The translations under genes were made by a program, and so were the position numbers. A model generated the notes under the pieces. It was not told the origin of the DNA, ran no database searches, and was given only the letters and a program-made list of their open reading frames with translations. From Thermofilaceae archaeon (lineage in GTDB: Archaea; Thermoproteota; Thermoprotei; Thermofilales; Thermofilaceae), in the NCBI GenBank assembly GCA_038727095.1, contig JAVYWK010000011.1, forward strand, positions 9,847-41,846: DNA of 32,000 nucleotides. The letters run 5' to 3'. This document shows, piece after piece, positions 8,312 through 16,474 of this stretch (position 1 is its first letter; each line of letters opens with the position of its first letter).

Positions 8312-8958
8312 ATCACCGCCACCTCAACAGGAGGCCCCATAGATAGTTTCAAGTAAACCTTCTCTATATTGTACGGTTTGAACCTGTTCAGTAAGAAACT
8401 CAACACCGTCGCAGCATTCTCCGCCACCTCCTTGGGGTTCTGAATCTCACTGCCTATCTTACACGCAATCTGGGGTTGATCTCTTAACTTGATCCGTACC
8501 GACCTCTTCGCTCGATCAATAGCGGCCGCTAAATCAGCGCTGGGTAGGATTGGTTGCGGCATCTTAGCTCGCGGACCGAGGTAGCGCCCTAACAGTCTAC
8601 CTACTAGCGGCATTAAGTCGGCCTGCGCCAAGAATACGTCGTACTTCTTAGCAAGCTTCTTGGCCTCCTTTTTGCTAGCAGCGATCTTCTCCAGATCCGC
8701 TCTAGAGAGTACGACGTCAGCGCCCGCCTCCTTGGCCCTGAGCATCAGATCACCCTCGGCGATCACTGCAACGGTAGATAGCTTATCGGGTGGTGGGTAC
8801 GGAAGGACGACGAGCTCGACAAACCTGTTCTCGCTCTGCTTCACATCAATGTCCCGGAGCTTCACTACCATCTCGTAGCTCTGCACAAACCTGCGCGGCT
8901 TTGCCTTGGATTTAGCTTCCTCAATAGCTTTGATTACTCTATCAATTTTCACGCTCAT
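8308..8958 (-). CDS. rpl1: Ribosomal protein uL1
   Basis: 216 aa, with KPRRFVQSYEMVVKLRDIDVK...VAVIAEGD...AKKYDVFLAQADLMPLVGRLLGRYLGPRAKMP. ATGA overlaps on both sides (uL11 upstream, P0 downstream). Confidence 0.95.
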   Translation of the reverse strand: MSVKIDRVIKAIEEAKSKAKPRRFVQSYEMVVKLRDIDVKQSENRFVELVVLPYPPPDKLSTVAVIAEGDLMLRAKEAGADVVLSRADLEKIAASKKEAKKLAKKYDVFLAQADLMPLVGRLLGRYLGPRAKMPQPILPSADLAAAIDRAKRSVRIKLRDQPQIACKIGSEIQNPKEVAENAATVLSFLLNRFKPYNIEKVYLKLSMGPPVEVAVI

Positions 8959-9467
8959 TGCGTTCCACCCCCAAGCTCGAACTTCCTTAATATCTCGTCG
9001 TAGACCCCTCTCTCAAGCTCCTTCATCACCTCTTTAGGCGTTTTACCGTCGATCTTGACCCCCATGCTCTGACAAGTCCCTACTACACACTTGACAGCGG
9101 CCTTCAGAGTCTTGGCACCGATATCGGACTTCTTCATCATCGCTACTTTTACCAGTGATTCGAGGGGCAGGTTACCTACGTAATCGCGAGAGGGTTGCCC
9201 GGATCCTCTTTCGGCTTTCAACTCCCTTATTATCAGCGCGGCAGTAGTGGGAGTCCCAACCTCAACATCAAAGCTCTTCTTCTCAACATCAACTTGCACT
9301 TTAACCGGTACCCTCATTCCGCTGAAGTCTTTTGTCAACTCGTTGATTCTCCTGACGACCTCCAGGACGTTTATTCCGAGAGGCCCAAGAGCAGGACCTA
9401 TCGGTGGACCTGCAGTGGCTTTTCCACCTTCAACCAGGAACTGGAACGTCTTTATCGATGCAGGCAC
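8955..9467 (-). CDS. rpl11: Ribosomal protein uL11
   Basis: FLVEGGKATAGPPIGPALGPLGINV motif. GTG start at 9467, preceded by GAGGTG 7 nt upstream. Confidence 0.95.
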   Translation of the reverse strand: MPASIKTFQFLVEGGKATAGPPIGPALGPLGINVLEVVRRINELTKDFSGMRVPVKVQVDVEKKSFDVEVGTPTTAALIIRELKAERGSGQPSRDYVGNLPLESLVKVAMMKKSDIGAKTLKAAVKCVVGTCQSMGVKIDGKTPKEVMKELERGVYDEILRKFELGGGTQ

Positions 9468-9503
9468 CTCGCGACACCTCGTCGTGAGCTGGCTTAAAAG
9501 CCG

Positions 9504-9511
9504 TTTAAAAA
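9504..9511 (-). promoter_or_regulatory. TATA box of the uL11-uL1-P0 block
   Basis: Minus-strand TTTTTAAA abutting the uS19 stop codon, about 40 nt upstream of GTG 9467. GAGGTG lies in the implied leader. Confidence 0.5.
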
Positions 9512-9512
9512 C

Positions 9513-9932
9513 CTACTTTAAGGGTAGGAACATCGAAGACCGCGTCGCTTTAAGGCCCGGTTCTCCGTGCTCAACCTTTTTACATGTTGGAGCAAACTCC
9601 CCAAGATAGTGCCCGATCATCTCTGGCCTGATCTCTACCGGTACGAATTCCTTCCCGTTATAGACGTGCAGCGTCAGGCCTACCATTTCTGGAAGTACTA
9701 TCATGTCCCTTAAGTGGGTCTTTATCATCGGTTGCTTCTTAACCTTCCCCTCCGCCATCAGATACTTAACCTTCCTCACCTTCTCTAACAGTTTCCTATG
9801 CTCTTTCTTCAAGCCGCGGCGAAGCGTTCTCCGCTGCCTAGCCGGGAGTACTTCTGTCAGCTTATCAAACGGCATCGCGGTCAGCTGCTCAATCGTGTAT
9901 CCCCTGTAATGAAACTCCCTTGCTGAACTCAT
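9513..9932 (-). CDS. rps19: Ribosomal protein uS19
   Basis: [12 protein letters not shown]...[13 protein letters not shown]...[40 protein letters not shown] at 9932. Confidence 0.95.
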   Translation of the reverse strand: MSSAREFHYRGYTIEQLTAMPFDKLTEVLPARQRRTLRRGLKKEHRKLLEKVRKVKYLMAEGKVKKQPMIKTHLRDMIVLPEMVGLTLHVYNGKEFVPVEIRPEMIGHYLGEFAPTCKKVEHGEPGLKATRSSMFLPLK

Positions 9933-9959
9933 CTAATCTCAGGGGGCTGCAACTTCAGG

Positions 9960-9967
9960 AAATAAAA
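9960..9967 (-). promoter_or_regulatory. TATA-like box immediately upstream of uS19
   Basis: Minus-strand TTTTATTT, centred about 31 nt upstream of ATG 9932, in the 53-bp uL2-uS19 gap. Confidence 0.4.
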
Positions 9968-9985
9968 GCATCGCGACGCGAACAG

Positions 9986-10729
9986 CTACTTGGAGGCCTG
10001 GGCACCCCCCCGTTTCCGTCCCGTCCGCCTCGGAGCTATATGTCCCACTTTCTGCCCAGGCGGGGCTGTTCGTGAAACCGGAGTGAGACCCTTAGGGTGA
10101 TGCCCTCCTCCCGCAGGATGCGCATACGCACCCATCGCCTTGCCTCTGACCGTCGGGTATTTGAACGATTTAGCCTTGGATAAATAGTACTTCTTTCCGG
10201 CCTTTAACATGGGCTTTTCCACTCTACCACCTCCGGCTACAATACCGATCGTCGCTCTACACTGAGAGCTAACTTCCTTGACCTTTCTTGATGGTAACTG
10301 TAGCAGAGTTTTTCCTCCCCTGTGTGCTAGCACTACAGCGTAAGCGCCGGAAGACCGCGCAAGCTTGCCTCCATCACCAGGTCTTAACTCAACGTTGCAA
10401 ACCAAAGTTCCTTCCGGAATGTTAGCAAGCGGTAAGATATTACCTAAATTAATCGGTGCCTTCGCTCCATAGTGCACTTTTTGTCCCACGGATAACCCCT
10501 CAGGAGCTATCATCAACATTTTAACACCATCCTCGAACTTCACTCGGGCTAAGGGACACCCTCTTCCCGGATCGTGGAGCAACTCCGTGACTACCCCTGT
10601 TACGACCTTTTTTGAGATAGATTCCGGATCGAATGCCCTATACTTAGCTGACCCTTCGTGCTTCCAACCCGGATTCCTGAACACACTGCTTCCACGCCCC
10701 CTTCGTTGAACGAGCAAACGCTTGCCCAT
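9986..10729 (-). CDS. rpl2: Ribosomal protein uL2
   Basis: 247 aa, with GNILPLANIPEGTLVCNVELRPGDGGKLARSSGAYAVV...GGGRVEKPMLKAG...MGAYAHPAGGGHHPKG. Confidence 0.97.
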   Translation of the reverse strand: MGKRLLVQRRGRGSSVFRNPGWKHEGSAKYRAFDPESISKKVVTGVVTELLHDPGRGCPLARVKFEDGVKMLMIAPEGLSVGQKVHYGAKAPINLGNILPLANIPEGTLVCNVELRPGDGGKLARSSGAYAVVLAHRGGKTLLQLPSRKVKEVSSQCRATIGIVAGGGRVEKPMLKAGKKYYLSKAKSFKYPTVRGKAMGAYAHPAGGGHHPKGLTPVSRTAPPGQKVGHIAPRRTGRKRGGAQASK

Positions 10730-10740
10730 ACCAGGTCACC

Positions 10741-11001
10741 TTAGAGCACACCCAGTCTACTGAGCACGTCCATTGCATTGTACCCCTCTGCGAGCTTTAC
10801 ATATGCTTTTTTCTCGCCCATTGGAGTAACTAGGGTGTTTACCTTCGCGACCTTCACGCCGTACATTTTCTCAACAGCCCTCTTTATCTGAGGTTTCGAA
10901 GCGGTCCTGAGGACGATAAAGGTCATTACGTTGTGGCGCTCTGCTAGCATCAGAGATTTCTCAGTCACGTGCAATCTAACTATAATGCCATCGGGTTCCA
11001 T
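10741..11001 (-). CDS. rpl23: Ribosomal protein uL23
   Basis: 86 aa, with [45 protein letters not shown]. Overlaps the uL4 3' end by 22 nt. Confidence 0.93.
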   Translation of the reverse strand: MEPDGIIVRLHVTEKSLMLAERHNVMTFIVLRTASKPQIKRAVEKMYGVKVAKVNTLVTPMGEKKAYVKLAEGYNAMDVLSRLGVL

Positions 11002-11789
11002 ACGGTCACACCCTCAAAGCGTTCAGCAAGAATCTTCAGAGATGAAAGCGTGTAAAGAGTTAACCTTCCCGGGTGCCCTCCGGGAGCCAACTGGGCCACG
11101 TTGACTAGCCTAGCCGTTGCGACCTCTACGCCGGGGAGGTTCCGCGCCGCCCATACGATACCTTCGTTCTCAGCCACAACAATCAACAGGCTTTTAGGCA
11201 CTTTATAACGCCTCCCCCTCATCTTACCCTTTCCAGCTCTAATCCTCGTTCCATCTACCGCTCTTTCGACATCAGCCCATAGGCCTAAAGCATCCAGAAC
11301 CTTTCTTACATCGCTAGCCCGCGTTAAACGTTGAAAATCATCGACCACAACTAGGGGGATCTGCTTTACACGTTCCACGCGATGGCCCCTAGCCCGCACG
11401 AGCTCCAAGTTTGCCGTAGCTGCAAGCGCCGAAACAGTTGCTAACCTTTTTTCCTTCTCATTTATAAACTCACGAATCTTCTTTTCTACCCTGAGAGGAT
11501 GGGCTCTCCTGCCTTTCACTGCCTGCGGGACTCTAGCTGCTCTGCTACTACCCTTTACCCTGGGAACCCTAGCTACGCCGTGACCAACACCCCAGCTCTC
11601 CGCCGTAGTCCTTAAGCCAGCTAAAGGGTCGGTGCCTTTCGGCTGCAGCTTTGAAGTCATTAACGCTAGCACGGCTCTCCTGATAAGATCGACTCTCACG
11701 GGTGTGTCGAAGATTGCGGGGAGCTCTACGCTCCCCACGATATTGCCCTCCAAGTCGAAAACGCTAACAGATCTAACCACTACCCCCAC
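10980..11789 (-). CDS. rpl4: Ribosomal protein uL4
   Basis: 269 aa, with [34 protein letters not shown]...[17 protein letters not shown] start, overlapping the uL3 end by 17 nt. Confidence 0.95.
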   Translation of the reverse strand: MGVVVRSVSVFDLEGNIVGSVELPAIFDTPVRVDLIRRAVLALMTSKLQPKGTDPLAGLRTTAESWGVGHGVARVPRVKGSSRAARVPQAVKGRRAHPLRVEKKIREFINEKEKRLATVSALAATANLELVRARGHRVERVKQIPLVVVDDFQRLTRASDVRKVLDALGLWADVERAVDGTRIRAGKGKMRGRRYKVPKSLLIVVAENEGIVWAARNLPGVEVATARLVNVAQLAPGGHPGRLTLYTLSSLKILAERFEGVTVWNPMAL

Positions 11790-12783
11790 CTCCCGCGGGT
11801 TGCGTACTGATATAGACCAGTTTGGGCGACTCCCTCTTCTCCTTCCTAGGCCTCACGGCGAACCTCAGTTTTACAAGCCTCTTAGGCGGGCCCGGTAGAG
11901 TCCCCTCCACTATCAGGTATGTGCTTTTGACAAGCCCGTAATGAGGCCATCCGCCAGCCGGATTGATATTTTCGGTTTGGGGATCTGAGATCTTCAGTAT
12001 ACGCTTGTTGTACTCTGTCCTTTGATGAAAACCTAGCTGGCCGGCAAAAGGCGTTGTAAACATTATGGCCGGGGCTTGTGGGCCCACTGTACCAATCCTC
12101 CTGCTACCCTTCCTATGCTTGTGCCAGCGGGGGAGGATTTTCACCCCAAACCTTTTCACAACTCCCCCGAAGCCTTTACCCTTCGTCACTGCTAGCACAT
12201 CAACGTACTGCCCAGGCTCAAACACCTCTGCAACGTTCACTTCCCTTCCCAACACGCTCAGCGCGTATTCCAGCGCTTCGTTAGGCTTTCCACCCACTTT
12301 GATTTCGAAAACCTCGGGCTTCTTCTTCCCAATTCCAGATTTCCTCGGCTGTGTAGCAGCAATCACCCTCACCTCAGCGATCTTACTCTTCACTTCTTCA
12401 AGCTTCTTCATCTGCTCGTCAAAGGAGTCCTTCTTAGGAATCGTAAAGACCCGCTCCAGGGTTTTGGGGATACTTTTAGCCCAGACCTCGGCAATGCTCT
12501 TAAGCCCGTAGGGTGTTTGCTCGTAGACTCTGACCGCTAGTACTATTATGGGTGGAGCTTCGATTACTGTGGCAACCTTTGCGACTTCTTGGCCGTAAAG
12601 AGGACTGTTGGGGTTATCCTCAACCTTCACCACATGTAAGGTGCCCACCTTGTAGCCAGCAAAGCCCAGAAGCTTGGCCTTTCCGACGTCAACCCAGGTT
12701 CTTACACGGGCCACTATACTGCGAGCTCTCTTCCGCGGGTAGTAGGCCATGCTCCCTCGTCGTGGTTTATGATCCTTAACCAC
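11773..12783 (-). CDS. rpl3: Ribosomal protein uL3
   Basis: 336 aa, with KPRRGSMAYYPRKRA...VTKGKGFGGVVKRFGVKILPRWHKHRKGSRRIGTVGP. GTG at 12783, preceded by GGGGGG 5 nt upstream. Confidence 0.96.
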   Translation of the reverse strand: MVKDHKPRRGSMAYYPRKRARSIVARVRTWVDVGKAKLLGFAGYKVGTLHVVKVEDNPNSPLYGQEVAKVATVIEAPPIIVLAVRVYEQTPYGLKSIAEVWAKSIPKTLERVFTIPKKDSFDEQMKKLEEVKSKIAEVRVIAATQPRKSGIGKKKPEVFEIKVGGKPNEALEYALSVLGREVNVAEVFEPGQYVDVLAVTKGKGFGGVVKRFGVKILPRWHKHRKGSRRIGTVGPQAPAIMFTTPFAGQLGFHQRTEYNKRILKISDPQTENINPAGGWPHYGLVKSTYLIVEGTLPGPPKRLVKLRFAVRPRKEKRESPKLVYISTQPAGGGGSG

Positions 12784-12827
12784 TCTAACCCCCCTAGTTA
12801 CAGCTGCGCGCGCAGTCGCCTAAGAGA

Positions 12828-12835
12828 TTTTTAAA
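12828..12835 (-). promoter_or_regulatory. TATA box of the uL3-uL4-uL23-uL2 block
   Basis: Minus-strand TTTAAAAA, about 48 nt upstream of GTG 12783. The implied short leader carries a G6 SD-like tract. Confidence 0.5.
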
Positions 12836-12858
12836 CCTACCGTGAGCCCTTCGACAGC

Positions 12859-13707
12859 TTAATCGAGCAAAAAGTCGAGGACCGCTAGGGTGATCGGTAT
12901 CGCCTCCTCCGTTCTTATAGTGAATGTGCCCTGATTAGGTACAAGGTTGACGATAAAGTCAAATGTTCCTTTGGGATCCCAACCCTCTTCAAGAGCTATA
13001 TCGAGCAGTCCCCGCTCCCGTTCACCGAAGAACACGGCAACCCCACCCTTACGCTTAGCTTCCCTTACCAGTTCTTCCGCAACATTTCTCACAGGATCGC
13101 CTAATCTCGACGTTGCTACTTTCACATAACCCTCGCACGCCGATACCGCTGCACGCAGGTTAGGTGCTGTAGATACTTCGTACCCCCAGTAGAAAGGCAC
13201 TTTCCGCCTATGAACCAGGCGGGGTTTATCATCGATTATTACCGTCACTCTCTCGCGCGGTCTCGCTCTCCCCTGCACCAATATCGGTTCCTTCAAACCT
13301 ACATCTACCAGCGCAGCATCAGTCAAAGTTCTTAGAACAATCCCCTCCCTATACTCGCATACGAAACCGCGGCCCTTAGGCGATGGAGGGTGGTGAGGGC
13401 TCTGGAGTGGAGGGATAACTCCACAGTACCTCAATGCGCTTTTCAGCGGTATCAGCTTTTGCCGTAAGTACGGTGGAGTTTCAGCGTATCTCAGAACATC
13501 TACGACAAAATCGCTGTCACCTCCGAACACTAATACTTCCTCTACCCGGAAAATCGCAAGGTAGCGAGCTATTAGACCTAATCGTAGCGTGGCCAGCTTA
13601 CGATCTTCACCCACGAAAAGTGATGAGGGGATGGCAACCCTACGTTTCACTGCTGGGCTGGGAGGTGGTCTTCTTGTTGCACTTCCTTCTACTCTTATAA
13701 ACGACAC
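12859..13707 (-). CDS. SPOUT-class putative RNA methyltransferase (COG2106/DUF171, MTH1-like, with OB-fold insert)
   Basis: VAIPSSLFVGEDRKLATLRLGLIARYLAIFRVEEVLVFG, an OB-like insert (YREGIVL...VDVGLKEPILV...RERVTVII), and a C-terminal knot segment (NLVPNQGTFTIRTEEAIPITLAVL). Sits in the archaeal position directly upstream of uL3 (as I recall it, e.g. MTH1-MTH2). GTG start at 13707. Confidence 0.78.
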   Translation of the reverse strand: MSFIRVEGSATRRPPPSPAVKRRVAIPSSLFVGEDRKLATLRLGLIARYLAIFRVEEVLVFGGDSDFVVDVLRYAETPPYLRQKLIPLKSALRYCGVIPPLQSPHHPPSPKGRGFVCEYREGIVLRTLTDAALVDVGLKEPILVQGRARPRERVTVIIDDKPRLVHRRKVPFYWGYEVSTAPNLRAAVSACEGYVKVATSRLGDPVRNVAEELVREAKRKGGVAVFFGERERGLLDIALEEGWDPKGTFDFIVNLVPNQGTFTIRTEEAIPITLAVLDFLLD

Positions 13708-13734
13708 CGAATCCGGTCTGGAAGAGAGGATGTC

Positions 13735-13740
13735 TTAAAC
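13735..13740 (-). promoter_or_regulatory. Weak TATA-like element of the SPOUT methyltransferase gene
   Basis: Minus-strand GTTTAAG, about 30 nt upstream of GTG 13707. Confidence 0.3.
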
Positions 13741-14049
13741 TCTGCCACTGGTTTGGTGCAGAGTCAACAGGATTCTGAAGAGGGATTTTTACTAACGGTA
13801 AAGCCCCGACCCTGGAAAGGTGAACAAGTTAGTAATTGAGTTCTCGTGAAAGGCGTTGACCCCCTGCGCACTACTGTGTGCCTTCACTTCTGTTTCTTCT
13901 CCCTCTCTTTAGCGCTACTTCTTGAGCTTTGAGACTCCGTCTCCTTCTTTTCCACATCGAAGAATATGGATGTCCTCTGCCTTCCCCCCATATCCACTCG
14001 CGGAAGCCGTGACCGGGTACCCTAATTTATGTTTTGTGACCTGCTGCAG

Positions 14050-14262
14050 CTATTCTACAGCTACCCAGTAGGCTACCTTACCTCGCTTCACCTCTCTTAC
14101 TTTACCTTCCTTTAGGAGTAGCCTCAGTACGTAGAATGCTTGAGAGTGCGTAAGTCCCAGCTCTCTGACGAGAGTTGAGGTGGGAGTTTCCCCGTGGGTT
14201 TTTAAGAACTCTACGACCTTATCCTTTCGATCAGCAACTTGTGTTGTAGATCGCCTCGGCAT
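14050..14262 (-). CDS. Small winged-helix DNA-binding protein (70 aa)
   Basis: VVEFLKTHGETPTSTLVRELGLTHSQAFYVLRLLLKEGKVREVKRGKVAYWVAV shows an HTH plus beta-wing pattern. ATG at 14262 lies about 31 nt downstream of a TATA-like box. The ORF-track GTG at 14286 would sit on top of that box. Confidence 0.7.
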   Translation of the reverse strand: MPRRSTTQVADRKDKVVEFLKTHGETPTSTLVRELGLTHSQAFYVLRLLLKEGKVREVKRGKVAYWVAVE

Positions 14263-14287
14263 TGCAAGAACCTTTCTCCGTAGCACG

Positions 14288-14298
14288 TTAAAAACTAT
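14288..14298 (-). promoter_or_regulatory. TATA-like box of the small wHTH gene
   Basis: Minus-strand ATAGTTTTTAA, about 31 nt upstream of ATG 14262. Confidence 0.45.
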
Positions 14299-14437
14299 TT
14301 CCTAACACTCCGCGCTATCTGGTGGCGGAACGATTACCCAACGCAATAGGAGCTGTACGGTTAATTGAGTTAAAACTGATCCACCATTATGGGTCAGAGC
14401 AACACGGTGTGAGTCGCAACCTCGACTCTACAGACTG

Positions 14438-15874
14438 CTACCGTGTACCTAATAGTTTGCTTAAGGTTGGGTGCATCTCCAGCAGCTGCTCCCTTGTTAG
14501 CAATTGCTGGTACTGGATAATAATTCCCACTGCGAGCAGTAGACCTATCCCCGTACCGATCGTGCCCAGAATATCGCTTATGACCGCTAATGCTCCTACA
14601 ATGGCTCCGCTTAGGATCGTGAGAACCCAAATGTAAGGGCTTAGAAGATGCTCGAGAACTTTAGCCGAAGATCTAAACCCTGGAACTTGCAGCTCAGCTT
14701 TGGCGAACTCCTCCGCCTGACCTTTAGGATCCATCCCGGTTGCTGCAACCCATATGAGAGCGAAAGCCACCGACAGTCCGATCAACATGGTAGCGTATAT
14801 AGCCACGTGGAGAGGGTCGTTTATCACAGACCATAAGCCCCGCGGCGCGGTCATGTAGTAGATCAACGAGGGTTTCAGTGGCTGCATGGTCGTAGCATTG
14901 TACATCACGAACCAGTTCAGCCAGAGGTTTGAGTTATCCGGGTTAAAGCGAGTCCATGCAGCTCTGCCTATGATGAGGAGGTTGGCCATAAGAGCAGAAA
15001 CGAGAATTATCGGAAGGTTGGAAACGTAGAGGAACTTCAAGGGTATTCGCGCCCTAATACCTCCGTATCGGGGGGCCGAGATAGGTATCTCCACCCTCAT
15101 GCTCTCAAGGTAGGTAAGTGCGAGCACGAAGCCGACCATTGAGATCAGACCGATCAAGTCTGGGAAGCCGCTCCTACGAAAACACACCTCATGCAGCAAC
15201 GTAGAATTCCCAGTAGTCGCATACACGAGGCTCGCGTGGATAAGTGAGGGGACGAAGCCAACGTATAAGCCATCCTCCATTGGACCAACGGGAGAGAAAA
15301 TCTCCCAGAAAACCTGCTGAGCCACTCCGGCCAGTATGAAGAGGCTAACCGCGCTACCGATACCCCAACCCTTCTCAAGCATGTCATCCATGAGCAGAAT
15401 CAACACGCTAACAGCCATCAATTGGCCTAGAACCACCATCTGAGCCGCAGGGGAAAGAGTTCCGTAAACCCCTCCCCATATGAAGGCTAAAGCCTCCGCC
15501 AGAGCGAAAAAGATTGTGAGAAGCTTCTGGATGCCAGCGAAGATCTTCCTACCCTCCCTTGCCGTAAGATCCAACTCAATTATCCCGCTGCCCACGAGCA
15601 ACTGCCAAACGATACCTGCCGTCACAAGGGGGCCAATGCCCAGCTCCAGAAGCGTACCACGTCTAGACGCCATGATAATTTGAACAAGCCACATCGGTTG
15701 ATACCCCTGCTCCGTCCAGTGTATCCCGTAGAGGGGCACTTGGCCTAGCGCTAAGTAGAGCAGTAGAACGAGAGCTGTCCAGAACATTCTTTCGCCAAGC
15801 CTAAGCCTCCTGGGCGGCTTGGGGACCTCAGGTATGAACTTGAGTAACGATAGTAACGCACCTGTCAAACTCAA
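14438..15874 (-). CDS. secY: Preprotein translocase subunit SecY
   Basis: 478 aa with 10-TM architecture. N-terminus FIPEVPKPPRRLRLGERMFWTALVLLLYL and GTLLELGIGPLVTAGIVWQLL. TTG start in a TTGA overlap with the uL15 stop. Confidence 0.97.
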   Translation of the reverse strand: MSLTGALLSLLKFIPEVPKPPRRLRLGERMFWTALVLLLYLALGQVPLYGIHWTEQGYQPMWLVQIIMASRRGTLLELGIGPLVTAGIVWQLLVGSGIIELDLTAREGRKIFAGIQKLLTIFFALAEALAFIWGGVYGTLSPAAQMVVLGQLMAVSVLILLMDDMLEKGWGIGSAVSLFILAGVAQQVFWEIFSPVGPMEDGLYVGFVPSLIHASLVYATTGNSTLLHEVCFRRSGFPDLIGLISMVGFVLALTYLESMRVEIPISAPRYGGIRARIPLKFLYVSNLPIILVSALMANLLIIGRAAWTRFNPDNSNLWLNWFVMYNATTMQPLKPSLIYYMTAPRGLWSVINDPLHVAIYATMLIGLSVAFALIWVAATGMDPKGQAEEFAKAELQVPGFRSSAKVLEHLLSPYIWVLTILSGAIVGALAVISDILGTIGTGIGLLLAVGIIIQYQQLLTREQLLEMHPTLSKLLGTR

Positions 15875-16326
15875 AGGGCTTCACCCTTCTTCGTTAAGAA
15901 GGAACCTCCGGCAGCTTCGAGTTTGCGAATCGCATCCTCGGTTGCTTCAAGTCCCACTACAACCAGCTTTCTGGTCACCCTACCGCGGCCACCCAGCTTG
16001 TTGTAGCCTAGCTGCGTTATGTCGATATGCACGGTATCACCTTCCACCCGGGCCGCTCCCTGTCTGATTAACTCTTCCACTCTCTCATCGAGCTCACCCA
16101 CGTTTAACACTCTTTTCTCAGGAATTAGTGAAGGATGACGTGCAAAGCCATGTTTCCCGTACCAGTCTCGGGCGTACACCACCACCCAACTCCACTTGTG
16201 CTTGTGGTATCCTACCCTCCCTCGTCCACCCTTTCTACCGCTTCTTCTGTGCTGGGCTACCCTCCCCCAGCCGCAGGTTCTCGATCCCCGGTAGTACCTG
16301 GATTTCTTTTCCCTCCGCACCACCAC
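15871..16326 (-). CDS. rpl15: Ribosomal protein uL15
   Basis: KKSRYYRGSRTCGWGRVAQHRRSGRKGGRGRVGYHKHKW. GTG start (three consecutive GTG codons at 16318-16326). Confidence 0.95.
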   Translation of the reverse strand: MVVRREKKSRYYRGSRTCGWGRVAQHRRSGRKGGRGRVGYHKHKWSWVVVYARDWYGKHGFARHPSLIPEKRVLNVGELDERVEELIRQGAARVEGDTVHIDITQLGYNKLGGRGRVTRKLVVVGLEATEDAIRKLEAAGGSFLTKKGEAL

Positions 16327-16360
16327 TTACAATGCCACCGGCAGCCTATTGATTACGTGT

Positions 16361-16368
16361 TATAAAAA
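16361..16368 (-). promoter_or_regulatory. TATA box of uL15-secY
   Basis: Minus-strand TTTTTATA, 38 nt upstream of GTG 16326. Confidence 0.5.
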
Positions 16369-16394
16369 TGACGTGCAAGTCGATCACCGCAGAG

Positions 16395-16403
16395 TTTTTA
16401 ATA
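16395..16403 (+). promoter_or_regulatory. TATA box driving the candidate sRNA / orphan ORF transcript
   Basis: TTTTTAATA. The candidate C box begins 26 nt downstream of its centre. Confidence 0.5.
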
Positions 16404-16424
16404 GATCGCTCGGATAACAAGGCA

Positions 16425-16474
16425 GGGATGAGGCAGCTCGCATCTGACCCATGATGTAAACCTTCGATTGCTGA
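16425..16474 (+). ncRNA. Candidate C/D-box sRNA (50 nt)
   Basis: Layout: GGGATGA (C, 1 mismatch to RTGATGA), 12 nt, CTGA (D'), 3 nt, ATGATGT (C', 1 mismatch), 13 nt, CTGA (D). The C box starts 26 nt downstream of the centre of TATA TTTTTAATA (16395-16403). There is no convincing terminal stem, and targets are unverified. Confidence 0.35.

Noticed and set aside
13620-13626. Perfect C-box heptamers GTGATGA inside coding regions (13620-13626, 19177-19183, 23405-23411), plus minus-strand ATGATGA/GTGATGA in NAC, uL11 and HIT
   Set aside because: None is followed by CTGA at the 12-nt spacing or by a second C'/D pair. They are explained by Val-Met or Met-Met codons.
13708-14437. Possibility that the two larger gaps (13708-14049 and 14287-14437) hold a tRNA, SRP RNA or RNase P RNA
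   Set aside because: No GTTCRAATC-type T-loop occurs on either strand. There is no GGUCCGGAAGGAAGCAGCC-like SRP helix-8 motif, and the gaps are too short and lack the conserved RNase P regions. Only weak local hairpins are present.
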